From NCBI GenBank assembly GCA_001775995.1, contig MEZH01000006.1, positions 460-14,619 of the forward strand: DNA of 14,160 bases, read 5' to 3'. Shown piece after piece: positions 7,868-14,160 of the stretch (position 1 is the first letter of the stretch; every line of letters begins with the position of its first letter). The notes beneath the pieces are model-generated. The model was not told where the DNA came from and searched no databases. It saw only the letters and a list, made by a program, of their open reading frames with translations. Made by a program: the position numbers and the translations under genes. The DNA is from Candidatus Bathyarchaeota archaeon RBG_16_48_13 (GTDB taxonomy: Archaea; Thermoproteota; Bathyarchaeia; RBG-16-48-13).

Positions 7868-8715
7868 GCGTGCGAAATAATGCCTACGTACCTGAGATGG
7901 CGACTATAGAAAAGATTGAGAGGGAAACGAACGACGTCAACACGTATACCTTGACTTTCAAGGATAAGGCGAAACAAAAAGACTACTCTTTCGCCGGCGG
8001 TCAATTTAATATGTTGTCGATCTTTGGCTTCGGCGAGGCTCCGATCTCCATAAGTTCAGATCCGCAAGATAGAAATGAAATTCAGCACACCGTTAGGAAG
8101 GTCGGCGGCGTCACTGAGGCCCTATTCAACCTAAAGGAAGGTGAAGTGTTAGGTATGAGAGGACCCTACGGAAGGGGATGGCCGCTCAAAGAGGCGAAGG
8201 GAAAGAACATCCTTGTGGTGGCTGGGGGCATAGGCTTGGCACCCCTCAGGCCAGTCATAACTCAAGTGATAAAAAACAGGGAAGAATATGACAGGTTCGA
8301 ACTTCTGTACGGTGCTCGGACTCCAGGCGATATGCTCTTCACCGACGAATTTGACCATTGGCAAAAAGTGAAGAATTTCAGGCTGCTCTTCTCCGTCGAT
8401 GCAGTCCCTAAGGATCAGAGATGGGATCATAACGTAGGGGTTGTAACAACACTCTTCGACCAGATGTCGTCAACTCCGTCCAGAACCATTGTCATGACCT
8501 GCGGTCCTGAGATAATGATGAAATTCGCATTAAAGGCTTTGCTCGCAAGGGGTTTCAACAGCAGCCAGATTTTCCTCTCTCTGGAACGAAGGATGGAATG
8601 CGGATTAAAGAAGTGCGGTCATTGCCAAATAGGCGAGAAATATGTTTGCAGCGATGGACCAGTCTTTCCATGGGCCGAAATCAAGGATATACCAGAAATA
8701 GTGGGTTGGAAGTGA
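7864..8715 (+). CDS. hydG: Group 3b hydrogenase gamma subunit, FAD/NAD(P)-binding with [2Fe-2S] site
   Basis: GQFNML, GEAPISISS, RGPYGRGW, AGGIGLAP, CGPEIMM and the C-terminal MECGLKKCGHCQ..YVCSDGPVF. There is an ATGA overlap with hydB. Confidence 0.92.
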   Translation: MSVRNNAYVPEMATIEKIERETNDVNTYTLTFKDKAKQKDYSFAGGQFNMLSIFGFGEAPISISSDPQDRNEIQHTVRKVGGVTEALFNLKEGEVLGMRGPYGRGWPLKEAKGKNILVVAGGIGLAPLRPVITQVIKNREEYDRFELLYGARTPGDMLFTDEFDHWQKVKNFRLLFSVDAVPKDQRWDHNVGVVTTLFDQMSSTPSRTIVMTCGPEIMMKFALKALLARGFNSSQIFLSLERRMECGLKKCGHCQIGEKYVCSDGPVFPWAEIKDIPEIVGWK

Positions 8716-8720
8716 TCGAG

Positions 8721-9488
8721 ATGGCTGAAAAGAAAAAACTAGGTATCTTCAAACTGACTTCTTGTGCTGGATGTCAGATGAGGCTTCTCTACTACCAGCA
8801 CCGAGAGCTCGAAGCCTTGACAGCCTACGACATCACGTACTTCAAGATGGGCAAGAGAGATAATCTGGAGAACATCAAAGTTGATGTTGCCCTCATTGAA
8901 GGCTGCGTGACCAATTCAGAACAGATTGACGAATTGAAGAGAATAAGGGAAAACTCCACGATCCTAGCAACTCTTGGAGGGTGTGCAACAAGATCTTCTC
9001 TCTGGGGATTGAAGAACAATAAACCAGAGAAGGAGATTGAAGAGAAAGCCTACAAGGACCTGTCGACGATCCACTCTATCAAAGCTATCCCAGTAAATGA
9101 TGTTGTGAAAGTTGACTATCTCTTACCAGGCTGTCCAGTTGGCGAAGACGAGATGACAGAATTCCTTCAATCGGCGCTCGTGGGCAGAAGACCATTCATC
9201 AAGCCACATTCTGTTTGTGTCGAATGTAAGATGAAGGGAAATCTTTGCATATTAGTGGCCAAAAAGGAGCCGTGTATGGGCCCGGTGACCGCTGCCGGAT
9301 GCGGAGCCTTGTGTCCAACGAATGGAAGACCCTGCTACAATTGTCGGGGGCCAATGATAGCTGCAAACGCACCGGCTTTGGCAAAAGAATTCAAAAAGAA
9401 CGGCCTATCGGATGAGGAGATCTATCTGAAGTTCACAGCGTTTAGCGGCCTCTCCAAGGTCTATGAGGAGGTTACAGACCGTGCCTGA
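8721..9488 (+). CDS. hydD: Group 3b hydrogenase delta (small) subunit
   Basis: TSCAGCQ, IEG, GGCA and PGCP, then CVEC..C, CMGPVT.AGC.ALCP and CYNCRGP. The start is ATG 8721 (or GTG 8712). The ORF-track start at 8598 overlaps hydG by 118 nt and is rejected. Confidence 0.92.
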   Translation: MAEKKKLGIFKLTSCAGCQMRLLYYQHRELEALTAYDITYFKMGKRDNLENIKVDVALIEGCVTNSEQIDELKRIRENSTILATLGGCATRSSLWGLKNNKPEKEIEEKAYKDLSTIHSIKAIPVNDVVKVDYLLPGCPVGEDEMTEFLQSALVGRRPFIKPHSVCVECKMKGNLCILVAKKEPCMGPVTAAGCGALCPTNGRPCYNCRGPMIAANAPALAKEFKKNGLSDEEIYLKFTAFSGLSKVYEEVTDRA

Positions 9489-10767
9489 GAAGAAAATCAA
9501 TATTGAATATATTGCTAGAGTCGAAGGCGAATCCACGCTCGACGTGCATATCTCGAAGAATGAGATAACTGATCTGAAGCTGAAGGTTTGGGAACCCCCT
9601 CGATTCTTTGAGGGATTCCTAGTCGGTAGGAAATATGATGAAATCTCAGATATGGTCATGAGGATATGCGGCATATGCCCTGTCTCTCATTCCACCACGG
9701 CTATTAGAGCTTTGGAGAATGCCATGCAAATAACGCCGAGCGCTCAAACCAAGAAATTGCGGAGACTTTTGTCTTACAGCCAGGTCATGTCAAGCGACAT
9801 TTTACACATCTACATGCTTGCAGCGCCAGACTTCTTGGGATATGAAAGTGTTTTGGCGATGGTTCCTAAACATCTTGATTTGGTAAAAAAAGCGATAAAG
9901 ATGAAGATGGTTGCAAACGAGCTGACCGAGATCGTCGGCGGCAGAGCTGCAAACCCCGTAACACCTAAGATAAACGGCTTCTATCAAGTGCCCTCTAAAG
10001 AGAGATTGAACTCGGTGAAGAAACATCTGGAAGCAATGCAACAAGATACGGTCGACACACTCAAAGTAGTCGCGAGTCTACCTATCCCAGAATTTGAGAG
10101 AAAAACCGAGTATGTATGTATCAGGAACCCGGAAGAGTACACGATAAACGAAGGGCGCTTAGTTTCGACAGAGGGGCTTGATATCCTCGAAGAAGAATAC
10201 CGAAACCACATCATAGAAAATCAGATTTCGTACTCCAACGCCAAACAATGCCGGATCAAAGGCAGGGGTGACTTTATGGTCGGCGCCTTGGCTAGGGTTA
10301 ACAACAACTATGATCTCTTATCGGACAAAGCGAAGGAGGCCGCAGAAGAGAATCATCTGAAGTTCCCCGTGTACAACCCCTTTGCCAATACCGCGGCCCA
10401 GGCTTTGGAGGTCATCCACCTGACGACAAGATGCACAGAGATAATCGATGAGATCGACCCGAAGCCAGAGGACACCACCGTAAACGTCAAAGCTGGGGAA
10501 GGACACGCCCTAACCGAAGCCCCTCGCGGCCTATTATATCATGGCTACAAGTTGAATGAGAAAGGAATAGTGGAAAAAGCAGAGATTACAACACCGACGA
10601 CACACAACGTTCTCAGCATGGAGCAAGACCTATACAAGATGATCCCCGAGATAATGGATCTGCCCGAGGGCAAATTGGCTCTTCAGTGTGAAGAACTCAT
10701 AAGAGCCTATGACCCTTGCTTCTCTTGCTCTGTCCACACCATCAAGGCAAACGTGAAGAAGGATTAG
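9481..10767 (+). CDS. hydA: Group 3b hydrogenase alpha (large, NiFe catalytic) subunit
   Basis: ARVEGE, L1 motif RICGICPVSH, EAPRG.L.H and L2 motif RAYDPCFSCSVH, followed by a 9-aa C-terminal extension. GTG 9481 has a strong SD (GAGGAGGT, 9465-9472) 8 nt upstream. Confidence 0.95.
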   Translation: MPEKKINIEYIARVEGESTLDVHISKNEITDLKLKVWEPPRFFEGFLVGRKYDEISDMVMRICGICPVSHSTTAIRALENAMQITPSAQTKKLRRLLSYSQVMSSDILHIYMLAAPDFLGYESVLAMVPKHLDLVKKAIKMKMVANELTEIVGGRAANPVTPKINGFYQVPSKERLNSVKKHLEAMQQDTVDTLKVVASLPIPEFERKTEYVCIRNPEEYTINEGRLVSTEGLDILEEEYRNHIIENQISYSNAKQCRIKGRGDFMVGALARVNNNYDLLSDKAKEAAEENHLKFPVYNPFANTAAQALEVIHLTTRCTEIIDEIDPKPEDTTVNVKAGEGHALTEAPRGLLYHGYKLNEKGIVEKAEITTPTTHNVLSMEQDLYKMIPEIMDLPEGKLALQCEELIRAYDPCFSCSVHTIKANVKKD

Positions 10768-10778
10768 GACTCTCGATT

Positions 10779-10793
10779 GAGAGAATTTAAGTA
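10779..10793 (+). promoter_or_regulatory. Candidate BRE + TATA (GAGAGAA-TTTAAGTA) just downstream of hydA
   Basis: Good match to the archaeal BRE/TATA arrangement, with a predicted TSS near 10816. It overlaps the inverted repeat CTCTC-GATT-GAGAG (10770-10783). Confidence 0.45.
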
Positions 10794-10802
10794 AACTATG
10801 AC

Positions 10803-10868
10803 GAGCTCCACATGCGATCATTGGAATCTCGGATAAGATCCGATGGAGCTCTTTTTCCCCTCTTTTTT
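10803..10868 (+). terminator. Hairpin followed by U5 and U6 tracts: probable terminator or attenuator
   Basis: GAGCTCCA (10803-10810) pairs with TGGAGCTC (10844-10851). The inner hairpin is TCGGAT-AAG-ATCCGA. TTTTT follows at 10852-10856 and TTTTTT at 10863-10868. Confidence 0.55.
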
Positions 10869-10965
10869 AGAAAAGTTTTGATGAACTGTCAACCATTCTA
10901 CCAAAGAATAAATGTCTTAAACGAATATGATGATCATAAGAAGCGCAGCCGAGATGAAGTCCGAC

Positions 10966-11895
10966 ATGAACACTTTTCGCGTCTTAATCGCCGATCGTAT
11001 AGGCGAAGATGGGATAAGAATCCTGAGAGAAGCAGGTCTGCAAGTGGATTTGAGGTTTGAGATAATCCATGAAGAACTGAAGAGAATCATACCAGACTAC
11101 GATGCTATCATAGTTAGAAGTCGAACCCGGGTTGACAGCGATCTAATTGAAAAAGGTAGAAGGCTTAAGACCATAGGCAGAGCAGGAGCAGGTCTCGATA
11201 ACATAGATGTTGAAGCTGCAACTAGCAGAGGGATAACTGTCTATAACACGCCTGAAGCCTTGTCCACTGCCGTGGCCGAATTGACAATTGGACTGATGCT
11301 CTCACTAGCTCGCCAGATCCCGATGGCGGACAGGACAATGAAGGAAGGAAGATGGTTGAAGAAGGACCTAAAAGGATTCGAGTTGAAGGAAAAGACTCTT
11401 GGGATTTTGGGGTTCGGAAACATCGGAACGGAAGTTGGTCGCTTGGCAAGAGGCATGGGGATGAAAATCCTTGTCCATGCTCATGATCTCATCGACCCGA
11501 GTATTCTGTTGGAATTAAACGCTCGGGAAGTCCCCCATGAAGAACTACTCAAGGAATCGGACATACTGACGATTCATATACCTCTGAGCCGAGAAAGCCA
11601 TCATATCATAGGAAGGGAGGAGTTGTCTATGATGAAGCCCGGAGCATACATTATCAACACTTCCAGAGGCGGCGTTGTAGATGAGAAGGCGCTGTATGAA
11701 GCCATGAAAGGTGGAAGACTAGCAGGGGCAGCATTGGACGTCTTTGAAGAGGAACCGCAATGCAAGTCAGAATTGGTGACATTGGATAGAGTCATCTGCA
11801 CCCCCCATATAGGAGCTCAGACCGAGGAAGCTCAGAAATCAGCATCTTCCATAATAGCCCGAAAAGTTATTAACTACCTCCAAGCCAAAGGGTAA
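10966..11895 (+). CDS. serA: D-isomer-specific 2-hydroxyacid dehydrogenase, short D-3-phosphoglycerate dehydrogenase-like (no ACT domain)
   Basis: RAGAGLDNID, GILGFGNIG (GxGxxG), INTSRGGVVDE, LDVFEEEP and TPHIGAQT. Start 10966 is chosen because SD-like GAGATGA lies 8 nt upstream; 10954 and 10927 are alternatives. The family is certain, but the substrate (and so the serA name) is not. Confidence 0.75.
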   Translation: MNTFRVLIADRIGEDGIRILREAGLQVDLRFEIIHEELKRIIPDYDAIIVRSRTRVDSDLIEKGRRLKTIGRAGAGLDNIDVEAATSRGITVYNTPEALSTAVAELTIGLMLSLARQIPMADRTMKEGRWLKKDLKGFELKEKTLGILGFGNIGTEVGRLARGMGMKILVHAHDLIDPSILLELNAREVPHEELLKESDILTIHIPLSRESHHIIGREELSMMKPGAYIINTSRGGVVDEKALYEAMKGGRLAGAALDVFEEEPQCKSELVTLDRVICTPHIGAQTEEAQKSASSIIARKVINYLQAKG

Positions 11896-11917
11896 ATTCC
11901 CGAAGAAGAAAGCACTG

Positions 11918-11925
11918 TTATATTC
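11918..11925 (+). promoter_or_regulatory. Candidate TATA box (TTATATTC) for rpl15e
   Basis: It lies 30-37 nt upstream of ATG 11955, with a purine-rich tract upstream and GGGAG at 11940-11944. Confidence 0.45.
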
Positions 11926-11954
11926 ATGTAGACATAGCTGGGAGATAACAAGCG

Positions 11955-12380
11955 ATGTACAGACACATAGCCAAGACTTGGAGGATCAAGGATAACCCTG
12001 CCCTGGAAGGCATTATGCGAGAGCGACTCATTACTTGGAGAAAACAACCCACAGTAGTCAGGCTGGAGAAACCCTCAAAACTCCATAGAGCTAGGGCGCT
12101 GGGATACAAGGCCAAACAGGGCTTTGTGATGACTAGGATCAAGGTTAGGAGAGGAGGCATGAGAAAGCTCCGCCCCACGTCAGGTCGCAGACCTAAACAT
12201 CTAGGGGTTGTCAAATATACTACCGCTCAAAGCATACAGCAAATAGCCGAACAGAGAGTGGCGAAGCGATACCCAAACATGAAAGTGGTGAATTCCTACT
12301 GGGTTTGGGAAGATGGAAGACATAAGTGGTTTGAAGTAATTCTGAAGGACCCAGATCACCCGGTCATAGCGAATGCGTAA
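11955..12380 (+). CDS. rpl15e: 50S ribosomal protein L15e (eL15), short 141-aa form
   Basis: WRKQPTVVRLEKP, RARALGYKAKQG, RRGG.RK.RP.SGRRPK, YPNM.V.NSYWV.EDG.HKWFEVIL.DP.HP. Confidence 0.93.
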   Translation: MYRHIAKTWRIKDNPALEGIMRERLITWRKQPTVVRLEKPSKLHRARALGYKAKQGFVMTRIKVRRGGMRKLRPTSGRRPKHLGVVKYTTAQSIQQIAEQRVAKRYPNMKVVNSYWVWEDGRHKWFEVILKDPDHPVIANA

Positions 12381-12398
12381 CCGAATTGACCTAGATAA

Positions 12399-13085
12399 TT
12401 ATGAGATCAAAGGAAAGATCTCATCCGTCACGTAGGTCATAAATTCTGGCAAGCCGATATTCCCAAAGATCGTTACAATTGCGGTCCTCGTCAATCCGAT
12501 TATGTATCCATATTTCTTGGATGTCATAACGGCATACCAGATTTTTCCATGGCTTAGGTAGTCCAAGTAGAGGCTCGTATTCGATAGGCTTGACCCATAG
12601 AGAGAGAGCTTGTTGATATTCGGAATATCTACGTCTTCGAAGAAGACCACTTTGGTTCCTTCAATGTTTCTCTCATGGAACGTTTTCAAGACGTTTGGAT
12701 CGATTCTAGCTTCGACTATGCTTCCAGTCGTGATGAACAGGATCTCGCTCAGAAGATTAGCTATATTGTTGGCCCGTTCCTTCTTCTCCACTATGAAGAG
12801 AAGAAGATTGTCACCTCTCTTGGTGAACAAAAAGGGCGCTTCAAGGGTTTTGGGCACTGGAATTAGATTGCCGTGATGCATGACATGGAAAACTATATCT
12901 CTGCTAAAGACTCCTGAAAGAGAGCCATCTTCTCTGATGACTAGACCATGAACCTCGGTTATCAGGCTGAAACTCGTTTGTTCCTCTCTAAAGGGCTCCT
13001 CTTTCCGATAGCCGTTAAGCTTTGTAGCAGCCGTGGGCAGATCCAATTCTTCACGGAGCTTGAAGACCTTGCCAGCCGAAACCAT
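12399..13085 (-). CDS. Conserved hypothetical protein, 228 aa, alpha/beta; possibly arcadin-2-like
   Basis: Intact ORF with globular composition that fills the space between rpl15e and the divergent promoter. It ends in an amphipathic helix (IGLPEFMTYVTDEIFPLIS). The family call is speculative. Confidence 0.8.
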   Translation of the reverse strand: MVSAGKVFKLREELDLPTAATKLNGYRKEEPFREEQTSFSLITEVHGLVIREDGSLSGVFSRDIVFHVMHHGNLIPVPKTLEAPFLFTKRGDNLLLFIVEKKERANNIANLLSEILFITTGSIVEARIDPNVLKTFHERNIEGTKVVFFEDVDIPNINKLSLYGSSLSNTSLYLDYLSHGKIWYAVMTSKKYGYIIGLTRTAIVTIFGNIGLPEFMTYVTDEIFPLIS

Positions 13086-13187
13086 ATCATGAACCCGTGC
13101 TATTAATGAAACTCCGGGACTTAAAAACCGAATTGCTTACAAGAAACGTTAATTAGAAAGCTTTCGGGCGAAGATGGATAATTGACA
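13086..13187. promoter_or_regulatory. Divergent promoter region
   Basis: Minus-strand TTTTTAAG (13127-13120) lies ~35 nt before ATG 13085. Plus-strand TTAATTAG (13149-13156), preceded by AAGAAACG, lies ~32 nt before ATG 13188. Confidence 0.4.
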
Positions 13188-14160
13188 ATGACAGAAATCA
13201 ACAATCTGGGCCATTTGTCCAGCCGTAGACCTACCAAATTGCGGGTGATCTTAAAGGAGATTATATTAGAGAATTTTATGTCTTATGAGTACGCCCGAAT
13301 CGCGATGAAACCCGGACTTAACCTCATTTGTGGTCCAAATGGGTCAGGTAAGTCATCAATATTGCTAGCGATATCAGTGGCCCTCGGTCAGATCTATACG
13401 GAGAGATCTAGAAAATTGAGCGACTTGATAAGATGGGGCAAGGATATCGCGAGGGTCTCTCTAACATTCGAGAAACTGGAGAAGGAGAAGTCCGATTCTT
13501 ACGAACCAACAGAGTCTTTCACTTTATCGCGCTACCTGAAAAGCGATGGTACATATTGGTACGAGAGCGACTTTAGAACTATTTCAAAGAATGAACTATT
13601 GGAGATCCTTTCCGAGTTTGGGATCAACGCTAACAACATGCTCATAATAATGCATCAGAATATGATAGAGGAATTTTCTGTAACAACCCCCCAACAAAAG
13701 CTTCTGATGGTTGAAGACGCCGTGGGTTTTCAGTTTTATCGAGAGAAGATTTTTGACGCCCAGAATAAATTGACGAAGCTTCTTAGCGAAGAAGAGTCAG
13801 TAGCTCAACTACTTGAGAATGCAACTCAGACATTGGCGTTCTGGAAGGGAGAATACGACAAGTACCTGAAAAGAAAACAGCTCCTGGACAGAAAGAAAAC
13901 CTTGGAAATTGAACTTGCTTGGTCTCAAGCCATAAGAATGGAGAGAGCAGCCCTCTCTTTGAAAGAGAAGCTTTCCAAGAAGGAAAAAGCACTTGGCGTG
14001 AATGCCTCCAAAATTGGGGAGATTAAAGATTCCATAGAAAAGTCGAAACAAGCTCTGTTTGAGATTCGCTCCGAACGGAGAAAGCTCTTCTCACTTCTCA
14101 TTGAAACAGTGAGGAGTGAAACCAAAACAGACACGAGAGCTCAGGTAAACAGAGATCTTG
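13188..14160 (+). CDS. SMC-like ABC-type ATPase, N-terminal part (runs off the window; absent from the ORF track)
   Basis: Translated by hand from ATG 13188 with no stop before the window end: MTEINN...LKEIILENFMSY, Walker A GPNGSGKSS, LSDLIRWG, Q-loop IIMHQNMIEEF, then a coiled coil (QNKLTKLLSEEE...LSLKEKLSKKEK). Confidence 0.9.
   Translation, partial: MTEINNLGHLSSRRPTKLRVILKEIILENFMSYEYARIAMKPGLNLICGPNGSGKSSILLAISVALGQIYTERSRKLSDLIRWGKDIARVSLTFEKLEKEKSDSYEPTESFTLSRYLKSDGTYWYESDFRTISKNELLEILSEFGINANNMLIIMHQNMIEEFSVTTPQQKLLMVEDAVGFQFYREKIFDAQNKLTKLLSEEESVAQLLENATQTLAFWKGEYDKYLKRKQLLDRKKTLEIELAWSQAIRMERAALSLKEKLSKKEKALGVNASKIGEIKDSIEKSKQALFEIRSERRKLFSLLIETVRSETKTDTRAQVNRDL

Noticed and set aside
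8598-8720. 41-aa N-terminal extension of HydD
   Set aside because: It overlaps the [2Fe-2S]-coding end of hydG. The small-subunit motif starts right after ATG 8721.
9463-9480. ATG 9463 as the hydA start
   Set aside because: The SD GAGGAGGT lies downstream of that ATG and is correctly spaced for GTG 9481.
10711-10740. Possible [NiFeSe] hydrogenase
   Set aside because: The L2 motif uses Cys codons (TGC), with no in-frame TGA.
10798-10843. Possible C/D-box sRNA (ATGACGA ... GCGA ... CCGA); also ATGATGA...CCGA at 10927-10952
   Set aside because: The boxes are degenerate, there is no convincing C' box, and I could not find a guide with 10 or more bases complementary to rRNA from memory. A snoscan-type search against this organism's rRNA and tRNA would settle it.
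10812-11060. 82-aa ORF starting near the predicted TSS of the post-hydA TATA box
   Set aside because: It runs through the hairpin and U-tracts and overlaps the dehydrogenase out of frame, and the sequence is not protein-like. Ribosome profiling would be needed to consider it as a leader peptide.
13174-13185. Mini-ORF ATG GAT AAT TGA just before the SMC-like start
   Set aside because: It has only three codons, may begin upstream of the likely TSS, and is expected by chance.
1-14160. CRISPR arrays, tRNA/rRNA genes, IS elements, integrases, defence systems
   Set aside because: I saw no spaced direct repeats, cloverleaf, terminal inverted repeats or relevant protein motifs. The window is almost fully occupied by housekeeping and metabolic CDSs.

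Overview
An archaeal chromosomal segment that looks like core genome. It is probably from a TACK-group archaeon, and Bathyarchaeia is my best guess, inferred from gene content (eL15, archaeal GlmM/GlmU, Ygr210-type YchF, DUF2095, TATA/BRE promoters) rather than from a search. Gene order: 546-aa coiled-coil hypothetical > glmM > glmU > stand-alone corrinoid protein > DUF2095, then <ychF, then a four-gene group 3b cytoplasmic [NiFe]-hydrogenase (hydBGDA) > D-2-hydroxyacid/3-phosphoglycerate dehydrogenase > short eL15, then <228-aa conserved hypothetical, divergent from an SMC-like ATPase. The ATPase runs off the right edge and is missing from the ORF track. I saw no tRNA, rRNA, CRISPR array or mobile element. 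The most interesting leads are: (i) the divergent hypothetical/SMC-like pair, possibly an arcadin (Arcade-like cytoskeletal) locus; (ii) a dense, multi-conformation hairpin element with a TATA box and U-tracts between hydA and the dehydrogenase; (iii) an eL15 that lacks its C-terminal part; (iv) a dehydrogenase that lacks the NAD-selecting Asp, next to an NAD(P)-linked hydrogenase; and (v) a perfect 17-bp palindrome centred on the glmU stop, upstream of an orphan corrinoid gene. All family assignments come from motif recognition by eye, with no database search.
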